Part shown: positions 17,872-25,642 of the stretch, in pieces | How positions within the stretch are numbered: position 1 is the stretch's first letter | Layout: each line of letters begins with the position of its first letter | Source of the DNA: a virus | Taxonomy: Duplodnaviria > Caudoviricetes | Strand: one strand, 5' to 3' | IMG/VR virus record: IMGVR_UViG_3300032269_001358 | Span: 1-60,089 of that record | DNA: 60,089 nucleotides | Notes under the pieces: generated by a model | What the model was told of the DNA's origin: nothing | Database searches by the model: none | What the model saw: the letters and a program-made list of their open reading frames with translations, nothing else | Position numbers and translations under genes: made by a program

Positions 17872-18167
17872 TTAACGTCTGCATCTGGCCTAAAGAACGG
17901 GGCTTGGTGCAGGTACGGGAACGCACTGATGTTCATCTGACTGTAGGTGGACAGCACCTCGTCGTATGACGGGGCGTATCCCCAATCACTCGGGCACACT
18001 CGGTCGAAGTCGCCGGGCTCTGAGACCAGCGCCCGCCATATTCCGGTGAGCGGGTCACGACAAATGACAAAAGTCCAGCCGTCACTGCCGGGAATCCCCG
18101 AACGGTACTGGTAGATGATGAGTCTGTTTTCGTAAGCGAACCAATCGCTCTTGGGGTTAGCGCTCAT
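17868..18167 (-). CDS. hypothetical protein
   Basis: AAAGGA RBS, ATG at 18167. Confidence 0.55.
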   Translation of the reverse strand: MSANPKSDWFAYENRLIIYQYRSGIPGSDGWTFVICRDPLTGIWRALVSEPGDFDRVCPSDWGYAPSYDEVLSTYSQMNISAFPYLHQAPFFRPDADVK

Positions 18168-18255
18168 GGCATCTGTTAGTCCTTTCTGGAAAGTGGAAAA
18201 ACCTGCGAAGGCGCAGGACAGGCCGGGTCGAGGGCACCCGGCGAGTCGCGAGCCT

Positions 18256-18708
18256 TCACTCGACGGCAAGGACACTGACGGGAGTCTCTGGAGCGCAAGT
18301 CAGCTCGTTGCTGGCCTTACGCATGACCTCCTTCAGATCGCGCAGCTCCGCATCGCGAGCCTCCAGCCGGCCAGCAAGCTCAGCTTTCTGCTCCTCGACG
18401 CAGCTGACAGCGAAACGCGCTGCGTCAGCATCAGCGACAGCGTCGGCCTTCTCTGCCCGAAGAGCTTCGGCCTGCGCCTTGAGTTGCGCAAGCTCAGGTT
18501 CGAGGGAGGCGATTGCCTTCTCCCGCTCCTGCATGGCGAGTTCGAGCCGCCGGACCTCGACCTTCGCCGCACGGATCTGATCCTCAACAGTGAGGACCAA
18601 GTCGAGCTTCCTGCCGGCGACATCGACGCCCTGCTTGATGGCGGGCTCCGAGCGGACACCGAACACAAACGCCACGACCAGCAGACCAACACAGATGACA
18701 GCCTTCAT
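18256..18708 (-). CDS. membrane-anchored coiled-coil protein
   Basis: GGAGG RBS; N-terminal TM then long heptad helix. Confidence 0.7.
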   Translation of the reverse strand: MKAVICVGLLVVAFVFGVRSEPAIKQGVDVAGRKLDLVLTVEDQIRAAKVEVRRLELAMQEREKAIASLEPELAQLKAQAEALRAEKADAVADADAARFAVSCVEEQKAELAGRLEARDAELRDLKEVMRKASNELTCAPETPVSVLAVE

Positions 18709-18810
18709 GAGAACCTCCACAGGAAATCCGTCACGGCACAGCTGAACGATCGTCAGCCGACTACCGAGACGGGAGTACGGTGTGGTGGAGGGAAGTGCTG
18801 TCCTGCTACA

Positions 18811-18843
18811 GATGTTCTCCAGTGCCTGAAAACAAGGGGTTTT
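18811..18843 (-). repeat. conserved intergenic motif, copy 3
   Basis: GATGTTCTCCAGTGCCTGAAAACAAGgggtttt; 26 bp identical to copy 1. Confidence 0.9.
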
Positions 18844-18907
18844 CGCACGTGGGCTCATCAGCAGGTGCCTTACACCTGGACGCAGGCCGAAGCCCGCGTT
18901 TCGCCCT

Positions 18908-19204
18908 TCACTCATGGACGACAACGAGACGGAACTTCCCGAGCTTCGCGTTGGTCAGCCAGCGCAACGCGACCCACTGGAAGAACACCCCGACGAAGAG
19001 GCCCATCGCCACGGAGACGGGGAGAAGCGCTTCCTCCATATCGAGGATGGACGCCAACACGCCCACGCCACCGCCGAAGAGAGCCGAGATGAGAACGGAC
19101 ACGAGGTTCACGATCAGCCCACGCCAAGCGACGCTCCACGCGAGAGCGGCGGATTGCGACCAAGTGAGCTGACCAAGAGAGACGGGGAACAGCAGGGTCT
19201 TCAT
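18908..19204 (-). CDS. small multi-TM membrane protein
   Basis: AAGGAGG RBS; 2-3 hydrophobic segments. Confidence 0.7.
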   Translation of the reverse strand: MKTLLFPVSLGQLTWSQSAALAWSVAWRGLIVNLVSVLISALFGGGVGVLASILDMEEALLPVSVAMGLFVGVFFQWVALRWLTNAKLGKFRLVVVHE

Positions 19205-19289
19205 CGAAACCTCCTTGGGAGTGAAAGAAACGGCCATCATCAGGCACCGCATCACGGTGCGACCCTCCGAAGAGGGTTTCGGCCTATCA

Positions 19290-19565
19290 TCAATCGTGCC
19301 CCTGACCACTCGTCCTGCGGAACACCGTGTCGCCGCTCTGCAGGGTGATGTTGAAGCACCGCCCCGATCCGTCCTCCCTCTCGATGGAAGAGATCGCGGA
19401 CATCACCACCCTGGCCTTCCCGCCGTCCTCCACCAGCCAGGGCATCACAGTCCCGCACTGCATAGCCAAGCAGTACTCCAGGTACTGGACCGGGAGATAC
19501 ATGCGCTCAGCCTTGCTGCTGCTGCGGATCTGGTTGACCTGGTTAAGAGCGTCCATGGGAAACAC
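19290..19565 (-). CDS. hypothetical protein
   Basis: GAGG near the start (start may be ATG 19556); first ORF of the leftward block. Confidence 0.5.
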   Translation of the reverse strand: MFPMDALNQVNQIRSSSKAERMYLPVQYLEYCLAMQCGTVMPWLVEDGGKARVVMSAISSIEREDGSGRCFNITLQSGDTVFRRTSGQGHD

Positions 19566-19616
19566 CTCACAACGTCAGTCAGTCCACAGCGAAGTGCCGT
19601 GGCTGCTGCTGACATA

Positions 19617-19644
19617 GATGTTCTCCAGTGCCTGAAATACAGGG
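19617..19644 (-). repeat. conserved intergenic motif, copy 4
   Basis: GATGTTCTCCAGTGCCTGAAAtacaggg. Confidence 0.9.
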
Positions 19645-19815
19645 CTTCACGCATCAGGCGTGTCACACCACAGGGAGACACACACAGCGCGCTACTAAGG
19701 GGAGACGCACGCACGCATGCGATGCGGGAGGCGGCAGAGCTGCTGACTGGCAGGGCCACGCCGCTGACTAAGGCGGCAAGGGCAGTAGCACTAGGGAGGA
19801 GGGGGGAAATACGAC

Positions 19816-19897
19816 TAAGTGTATAAGCGACAAGGGGTTACGTAACACGGACATGAACGTGTGCGTGTTACCTAAGTCCTTACTACGCGCCAGGTTA
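19816..19897. other. symmetric site in the divergent non-coding region (candidate packaging/recombination site)
   Basis: Two 25-bp TAAGT...GGTTA boxes (19816-19840, 19873-19897) flanking inverted repeat GTAACACG/CGTGTTAC (19842-19871). Confidence 0.5.
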
Positions 19898-19997
19898 GGT
19901 GCCCGCCGTGGCCTAGCCGCCCCCCGAGCCCCCCCAATGCGCGCGCCCCCTAACTAACGTCCCCCTCCTGGATTTTTTCTCACTTTTAGCGTTGCCC

Positions 19998-20025
19998 TTG
20001 CGCCTCCCACCCCTCGCGCTATGAT
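19998..20025 (+). promoter_or_regulatory. candidate sigma70-type promoter
   Basis: TTGCGC-N16-TATGAT upstream of the rightward block; same -35 and spacing at 28545. Confidence 0.45.
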
Positions 20026-20059
20026 GCGCCGGTTCGGTTCCTTTCACGGAGGATCATCC

Positions 20060-20434
20060 ATGCGCAAGTCGCTGGTTTTGGCCATGGTTCTGGCCTGTTC
20101 TTGCACGGCATCGTTTGCCGGTCCGTATGGCCGGAGTCGTGCTGTGAGTCGTTCGTCCGTCTGCGTAGACGGGCAGTGTGGCGAGCATCTGGAGGTTCGC
20201 CAGCGGACGGTGGTCCGTGGCAGTGGGGCTCAGGCCCATGCTGAGGCGATGGCAGCGAGCGGGAGGCTCGTCCACGCCGGTGACCACGGTTCCACCTACG
20301 AAGGCGTTGGGGTTGGCGGCAGCCCTGAGAGCGCCCTTCGTTCGTGCTGCAATAACGGTGGGTCTATCCTGGAGGAGGGCGTGGCTTACGGCCATGGCCG
20401 CTACTGGGCCTGCCGGCGTTACAGCCAGCGGTGA
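20060..20434 (+). CDS. secreted protein with CAP/SCP-like domain
   Basis: GGAGG RBS; signal peptide (..ASFA); AQAHAEAMA....H, EGVG, GVA...G.YWAC. Confidence 0.65.
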   Translation: MRKSLVLAMVLACSCTASFAGPYGRSRAVSRSSVCVDGQCGEHLEVRQRTVVRGSGAQAHAEAMAASGRLVHAGDHGSTYEGVGVGGSPESALRSCCNNGGSILEEGVAYGHGRYWACRRYSQR

Positions 20435-20442
20435 TTGAAATG

Positions 20443-20505
20443 ACGCCAGTAGCTCAGTGGAAGAGTCCTGTCATGGGGACGGCGGTTCGATTCCGCCCTG
20501 GCGTT
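20443..20505 (+). ncRNA. tRNA-like element with stunted anticodon arm
   Basis: Acceptor ACGCCAG/CTGGCGT, TA linker, D arm GCTC-AGTGGAA-GAGT, T arm GGCGG-TTCGATT-CCGCC; only 14 nt between D and T arms. Confidence 0.7.
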
Positions 20506-20541
20506 CTGGAGTTCTGTGGTGTTCTTGAGGAGATCATGAAC

Positions 20542-20961
20542 ATGGCCAGTTTCAATCGGGTGGTGTTGCTTGGGAATCTGACTCGGGACGTCGAGTTGCG
20601 GATGATTGGCTCCGGAACGGCGGTCTGCGACCTTGGGTTGGCGGTGAACGACCGCTTCAAGAACAAGGTTGGCGAGTGGGTTGACGAGCCGACGTTCGTG
20701 GACGTCACGTTGTGGGGGCGAACGGCTGAGATCGCTTCGGAGTACCTGTCGAAGGGCTCTCAGGTCTTGATCGAGGGCCGGCTCAAGCTTGAGACTTGGG
20801 AAAAGGACGGCCAGAAGCGGTCCAAGCTGAAGGTCATCGGTGAGAAGCTGCAGCTTCTTGGCCAGAAGGGCCAGCGTCAGACGGTTGCCGACGACGAGCC
20901 CGCTGGAGCTGCGTCCTCCCGCGAGGATCGCGGGTACGACAGGGACGAGATTCCGTTCTGA
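20542..20961 (+). CDS. ssb: single-stranded DNA-binding protein
   Basis: [18 protein letters not shown]-fold start, [14 protein letters not shown], acidic DEIPF tail. Confidence 0.97.
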   Translation: MASFNRVVLLGNLTRDVELRMIGSGTAVCDLGLAVNDRFKNKVGEWVDEPTFVDVTLWGRTAEIASEYLSKGSQVLIEGRLKLETWEKDGQKRSKLKVIGEKLQLLGQKGQRQTVADDEPAGAASSREDRGYDRDEIPF

Positions 20962-21053
20962 GCGACGCGTTGCCGGTTCGCTACCGGCTGATCTGTGGGG
21001 CGCGTGGTAGCCACAGCGAGAACGACAAAAACTCACGCCCATACACACGACGG

Positions 21054-21128
21054 AGGGGAGTGGAGCAGTCCGGTTAGCTCGCAAGGCTCATAACCTTGAG
21101 GTCGTCGGTTCGAATCCGACCTCCCCCA
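21054..21128 (+). tRNA. tRNA-Met(CAT), initiator (fMet)-like
   Basis: Full cloverleaf; CAAGG-CTCATAA-CCTTG anticodon arm; 1:72 mismatch (A:C); A11:U24; CCA not encoded. Confidence 0.92.
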
Positions 21129-21173
21129 TTCCTTTAGAAATCGATACTCGGCTTTCTTACCGAAAGGATTCCC

Positions 21174-22553
21174 GTGACCAAGCGCGACGATCAGGCCAAG
21201 GAATACGCGGAAGAGTCCCGCTCTCTGGACGGCTACCACCCCATGGTGCGTGACTTCATCCTTGGGCAGGGCTGCTTTTCCCAGGAGGCGCCGGTCGAGG
21301 CTGCTAAGCGCGTCGGTGAGAAGATCGGGAAAGCCGCTGCCAAAGCGATGAACGACGCCCTCGTTGAGGAGTTTGCTCCGCGCCCCCCTCTCGCCCCGAA
21401 GGATGTTGTCAGCATCCTGGCCGAGGGTGACCGGCGCCTTCGCGAACTCGCGAGCAAGGCAATGGTGAAGTGCCTCAAGGCGCAGTTCGAGGCGCTCGAT
21501 GAGTGCTGGGGGCTCAAGAGCGTTTCGCAAAAAAAGCAAGAAGTTGCGAAAAATGTGCCGGCCGAGGCGCCAGACTACTTTGACGATCTTAGCGTTTCGC
21601 AAAAAGAGCAAGAAGTTGTGAAAGATGTGCCGGCCGAGGCGCCCGACTACTTTGACGACCTTGCCACGGTGGCGATGGAGCGGGACGCTGCGATCAGCGA
21701 GCGCGACGCAGCCGTTGCCAAAGCCGCTGAAGATGCTCGCGCCTATGCCGCAGAGTCTGACGCTCGGGCTCATGCGCAGCAGGAGTTGCATGATCGTTGC
21801 GACAACGCGTTTGCGCCAACGGAGTCTGCTGGCAACGGAGACGCGGAAAGGCTGCACAGAGAGACTTGGCTACGGCTTGAGCGTGACGAATTGATAATCA
21901 AACGAGACGAGCTTATTTCCCGCGTTGCCGAACTGGAGGCCGCGAGCGGTGGCAGGGAGCCGAAACTCGCACCACACGCGAACGCAGGCGGCGAATCGAA
22001 TCACGCCGCACCGGCCGCGAGCGGCGGCGGCGTGATCCCCGACATGGTAAACATTATCCTGAGCGACACAGACGCCGACGAGAAACACGCCGCGCTGTCC
22101 ACGCTGGTGGAGGCTGTATGTCCAGGCTGGGTGATGACGCAGGCCGCGAGCGGCTGCGGGGAGCGGGAGCCGGTGGCGTGGACGTTCACTTATGCCAACC
22201 GCTCGACCGATGGGCGGTTCTACAACTCGCAAGCGTTGGCCGAAGCAGCTTGTCCAAGAAACGGCACCGTCGTCCCCCTCTACCGCGACCCTCCGCAGCC
22301 GCGCGGGTGGCTGACGGGTGAGGAGCGGGAGGTTATTTCCAGCTTCGTCAACGGTCCATACGTAGCGGCGCGACACGCTGGTGTTCTGTCTCGTCTTCTC
22401 TCCCGCTTGTCGCCGCCGGAGGTGGTATTGCCTCCGCAACCGCGAGAGATCGACGGAAACAACTTCTACGACCGGCAAGTGTGGAACGCTGCGTTGAATG
22501 AAGTGCGGAAAGCCCTCGCCGCTGCTGGCGTGGCGGTGAAGGAGGTGCCGTGA
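21174..22553 (+). CDS. mosaic hypothetical protein with internal repeats (Ead/Ea22-like context)
   Basis: AAGGA RBS; 24-aa tandem repeat, coiled coil, EPVAW..VPLY module; upstream of DUF551. Confidence 0.65.
   Translation: MTKRDDQAKEYAEESRSLDGYHPMVRDFILGQGCFSQEAPVEAAKRVGEKIGKAAAKAMNDALVEEFAPRPPLAPKDVVSILAEGDRRLRELASKAMVKCLKAQFEALDECWGLKSVSQKKQEVAKNVPAEAPDYFDDLSVSQKEQEVVKDVPAEAPDYFDDLATVAMERDAAISERDAAVAKAAEDARAYAAESDARAHAQQELHDRCDNAFAPTESAGNGDAERLHRETWLRLERDELIIKRDELISRVAELEAASGGREPKLAPHANAGGESNHAAPAASGGGVIPDMVNIILSDTDADEKHAALSTLVEAVCPGWVMTQAASGCGEREPVAWTFTYANRSTDGRFYNSQALAEAACPRNGTVVPLYRDPPQPRGWLTGEEREVISSFVNGPYVAARHAGVLSRLLSRLSPPEVVLPPQPREIDGNNFYDRQVWNAALNEVRKALAAAGVAVKEVP
21519..21662 (+). 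repeat. 72-bp in-frame tandem duplication
   Basis: 21519-21590 vs 21591-21662, 5 mismatches. Confidence 0.95.
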
Positions 22554-22906
22554 TGGGTGGCGCAATCTTGTGTCCGATCTGCGGAAACAATCAGGCGTAC
22601 TGCAAATGCACGCGCCTTGAGAAGGAGCAGTTTTGGGAGATCGCCCGGCTCCGCGAAGAGCGGCGGTGGGTCAGCGTCGAGGAGAGGTTGCCGGAGTTGA
22701 ACAAGGCAAACCACTTCCAAGTCCGCTGCCTTGTGTGCTGCAAATCCGGCGGGGTCTGCGAAATGACTTACGAGATCAACACCTACGCCAAGCAAGAACG
22801 AAACAGGCAACCACGGTGGAAGTGGCAAGGATTGATCGACCGTTCGGAAGTCACCCACTGGCAGCCGCTGCCGCTTGGGCCGGAGGGGGACGGATGGCTG
22901 ACATAA
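22550..22906 (+). CDS. DUF551-family protein
   Basis: WVSVEERLPE ... VTHWQPLP signature. Confidence 0.85.
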   Translation: MMGGAILCPICGNNQAYCKCTRLEKEQFWEIARLREERRWVSVEERLPELNKANHFQVRCLVCCKSGGVCEMTYEINTYAKQERNRQPRWKWQGLIDRSEVTHWQPLPLGPEGDGWLT

Positions 22907-23091
22907 TCGCAGACGCGAAAACGTGGCTGGCAGAGCAGCCGCAACGCACGCAGACGCACAGCGAGAATTGCCACAAGTGGCATGCGTCGTGCCTCGTTTC
23001 TCGTCTGCTGACCGAGGCAGAGCGTCTGAAAGAGCGCGTCGCGGTCCTGGACCGTAGGCCGCCGTTCACGGGACGCCCTGACGACAAGTGA
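22894..23091 (+). CDS. small hypothetical protein
   Basis: GGAGG RBS; THS.NC..WH..C motif. Confidence 0.6.
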   Translation: MADIIADAKTWLAEQPQRTQTHSENCHKWHASCLVSRLLTEAERLKERVAVLDRRPPFTGRPDDK

Positions 23092-23125
23092 AGAAACGCG
23101 CCGGGACGTAAGTCCATGGCAGCTT

Positions 23126-23169
23126 GGCCGGGCAGTGGGTCCTCCTCCCCACTGCCCGGCCCCCTTTTT
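23126..23169 (+). terminator. intrinsic terminator
   Basis: 14-bp stem ggccgggcagtggg/cccactgcccggcc followed by ccc-ttttt. Confidence 0.7.
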
Positions 23170-23180
23170 CAACCTCCTTG

Positions 23181-23191
23181 GGGCATAAACC
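23181..23191 (+). promoter_or_regulatory. candidate late promoter GGGCATAAACC
   Basis: Between a terminator and the first gene of the head module. Confidence 0.5.
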
Positions 23192-23207
23192 CTACAAGAG
23201 GTCTCGA

Positions 23208-23369
23208 ATGTCGTCCCAGCCACCGCCATCTCTCGCCGACATGCGCAAGCAGCAGATCAAGCCTGTGCGCACCGAGCAGACCCCAATGGACATCAAGGTC
23301 GAGCCTCCGGCCCGGCGGCGTCGAGTGCTTGAGGGGCTGATGCCTCAGCGTCCTCGCGGGGGTGCGTGA
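23208..23369 (+). CDS. small hypothetical protein
   Basis: GAGG RBS, ATG at 23208. Confidence 0.5.
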   Translation: MSSQPPPSLADMRKQQIKPVRTEQTPMDIKVEPPARRRRVLEGLMPQRPRGGA

Positions 23370-24691
23370 TGCCAGAAGGGTTCTCTCGGCGTCCTCCGCA
23401 GGACTATCCGGTTGCCAAGCCCGGCGAAAGCAAGCGCTTTGAGCCGCCTGCGGTGCCACGGGCGATGCACTTTCGCCCCTCGGAGGTACTCCACGAGCGC
23501 GCTTCTGCGCCTGTGGAGAAGTATTACCCAAAGCAGGCTGAGCGGATCCGAGAGATCCTCGCGGAAATCGTGGATCGGCGCGGCGATGAGCTAAAGGGCG
23601 AGGAGGTTTCGCCGGAGAACCTGGAGGCGCTTCACGGGAAGCTGGAAGACCAGCCCGGATGGAACAACGCAGGTGAACTTGCGGAGGCGAACAAAGACAA
23701 GCTGTGGATTGATCCGTCTGCGAAGTGGACGATGAGCCCGGACAGGCAGCGGTACATGCAAGGCGTCGGCAGGGATGTCGATTTCCTGAAGGGCTACCTC
23801 GACGGCGGTAACGCAGGTGACGACCTGCAAGCCCTGGAGTTCTGGGATCGCAGCAAAGACGCGAAGTCCACGGACAACTGGGACGGCGCCAACTACCAGC
23901 GCTTCAGCGGGTTGGGGAATCAGTTCGCGAGCAGCGTCACGGACCGTGCGGTTCCTTTTGGGGCGTTCATGCAGCTGACGGACGCCGCAGGCCCGAACAT
24001 CCTTCGCTGGCTTCTTGGGGGCAAGACCAGCGCCGAGGACGCACTTGAGCGCACGCACGCGCTCAACGAGTTCCAGAAGCGATACCGCCTCGGCAAGAAC
24101 CCGGTTCTCGACATTCCTACGCCAAAGCCAGGCGATGGCCCGGTGGCCAACTGGCACGAGCGTGAGGCTCAGCTTCGACAGCAGCGGATGGCTCTTGAGC
24201 CACCGTCCGGGCACGATGTTGCCAGCAGTTGGTTCGGGGGAGCGCCTGCGTTTGTTGGCGATGCGGTCGACACGCTCATGTCTGCCTTTGATCCGTCCAT
24301 GTACGCGAGCCTCTGGACGTCCGTTCCTGGAAAAGCTGTCGCGCGGGCTGCGATGCGAACCATCCCGCCGAGAGCCGCCGCCAAGGTCGGCGCTCGCGAC
24401 GTTGCCGGCGCTCTTGGTCGGCAGGGTGTCGCTGAGCTGACGCCAGAAGCCGGATTTGCAGCCGCAGTCCGCGCCGCCGCCCCTGCCAGCAAGCGTTCCT
24501 GGGTTGATTATTTCACGAAGCCCGAGACCGCAGAGTCGACCCCAGACAACATGTCCGAGTCAGCTGCCCGCCAGATGCTCTCAGGTCAGATGTCAGTCCC
24601 CGATGCCAGGACGGCCAAGCCGGTGGACGACTTGAGCAAGGCAGGAACCAACTACCGCCCATTCCCGATGCCCGCAACCGCTTGGAGATGA
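23366..24691 (+). CDS. hypothetical (possibly internal virion) protein
   Basis: 441 aa ORF coupled to its neighbours. Confidence 0.65.
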   Translation: MMPEGFSRRPPQDYPVAKPGESKRFEPPAVPRAMHFRPSEVLHERASAPVEKYYPKQAERIREILAEIVDRRGDELKGEEVSPENLEALHGKLEDQPGWNNAGELAEANKDKLWIDPSAKWTMSPDRQRYMQGVGRDVDFLKGYLDGGNAGDDLQALEFWDRSKDAKSTDNWDGANYQRFSGLGNQFASSVTDRAVPFGAFMQLTDAAGPNILRWLLGGKTSAEDALERTHALNEFQKRYRLGKNPVLDIPTPKPGDGPVANWHEREAQLRQQRMALEPPSGHDVASSWFGGAPAFVGDAVDTLMSAFDPSMYASLWTSVPGKAVARAAMRTIPPRAAAKVGARDVAGALGRQGVAELTPEAGFAAAVRAAAPASKRSWVDYFTKPETAESTPDNMSESAARQMLSGQMSVPDARTAKPVDDLSKAGTNYRPFPMPATAWR

Positions 24692-24694
24692 CCC

Positions 24695-25597
24695 ATGGCC
24701 CAGCCGTATCGCGCCTTCAGTAACGCAATGCAGTCGGCTCCGCTCGCGCCAAGGGTAGACGCCCGTCGCGCGCTTCGTGGCGACGCGTCGCAGTTCGCCC
24801 CAGACGGTGACGACGGTAGCCCGTCCATGGATGAGATGTACCGCCAGAGCGCCGATTGGCCGAACTGGCCCGAGGACCCGTCTGGCCAGATGCCGGTGAT
24901 GCAGAACAGCCGCCAGGCCGTGCAGGCGACAAAGACCATGCGCGGAATCGACACTGCCGGCCGTCGCGACATCGTTCGTCAGCTCATGTCTGAGCGAGCG
25001 AACCAGCGCGCCGCCATGGCTGCGGGTGGCGCCGGTATTGCTGCAGCTGGTGCGGCAGGAGCCTCGGGCGGCAGCGCCATGTTCGCGCCAGCAACGACCC
25101 TGGGGAAGGACGATGAAGTCCGGCCCCAGAGGGAAGAGATGTACCCGGAGCCCGAGGACTCGTTCGACTACGGCGGCGAGGCCCTTGGTCCGGTGGGCCC
25201 GCGCCCGCGCGGTCCGTCCCGCATGCTGCCCAGGGTTCTCCAGGAGCCGCCAGCGACCGAGGATCCTTTGGCGTCCCGAGATCCGTTCGCTCCCCGCTAC
25301 AACGACGAGGAACTCGATGAACCACTGCGGGAGGAAATGTATCCGGAGGCCGAAGCCACTGAGGATCCTTTTGCCGCCTACGACAGCAGGATTCGGGAGG
25401 AAATGTACCCGGAGCCTGAAGACTCTTTCGGCTACGGCGGCGAGGCCCTCGGTCCGGTAGGCCCTCGTCCGTCGGGGCCGTCGCGGATGCAGCCCTACCT
25501 CCCGAACGCCGACAAGCCGCTGAGCCAGGGCGGCTTCCCGTCTGGCCTGCTTCGTCACCTGCTGACGCCTCCTCCCCAAGATCGACCGAGCTACTGA
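24695..25597 (+). CDS. acidic Pro-rich protein with internal repeats
   Basis: GGAG RBS; REEMYPE x3, DSF.YGGEALGPVGPRP.GPSRM x2. Confidence 0.7.
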   Translation: MAQPYRAFSNAMQSAPLAPRVDARRALRGDASQFAPDGDDGSPSMDEMYRQSADWPNWPEDPSGQMPVMQNSRQAVQATKTMRGIDTAGRRDIVRQLMSERANQRAAMAAGGAGIAAAGAAGASGGSAMFAPATTLGKDDEVRPQREEMYPEPEDSFDYGGEALGPVGPRPRGPSRMLPRVLQEPPATEDPLASRDPFAPRYNDEELDEPLREEMYPEAEATEDPFAAYDSRIREEMYPEPEDSFGYGGEALGPVGPRPSGPSRMQPYLPNADKPLSQGGFPSGLLRHLLTPPPQDRPSY

Positions 25598-25642
25598 TCT
25601 GTCGTACAGTCCTGGAGTTCGACCAACTACCAGGAGAGCGCC

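Noticed and set aside
15383-19644. Repeat motif as a CRISPR array
   Set aside because: Copies are 0.8-2.2 kb apart with genes between them, and no cas genes are present.
20467-20480. TCA loop as an opal suppressor tRNA / stop-codon recoding
   Set aside because: The arm is too short and lacks U33/purine 37; TGA is used as a normal stop throughout, and genes are not fragmented.
20431-20541. N-terminal extension of SSB in the ORF track
   Set aside because: It overlaps the tRNA-like element; the RBS and canonical N-terminus point to 20542.
21519-21662. 72-bp duplication as a DGR TR/VR pair
   Set aside because: Adjacent in-frame tandem copies; mismatches include C/T changes.
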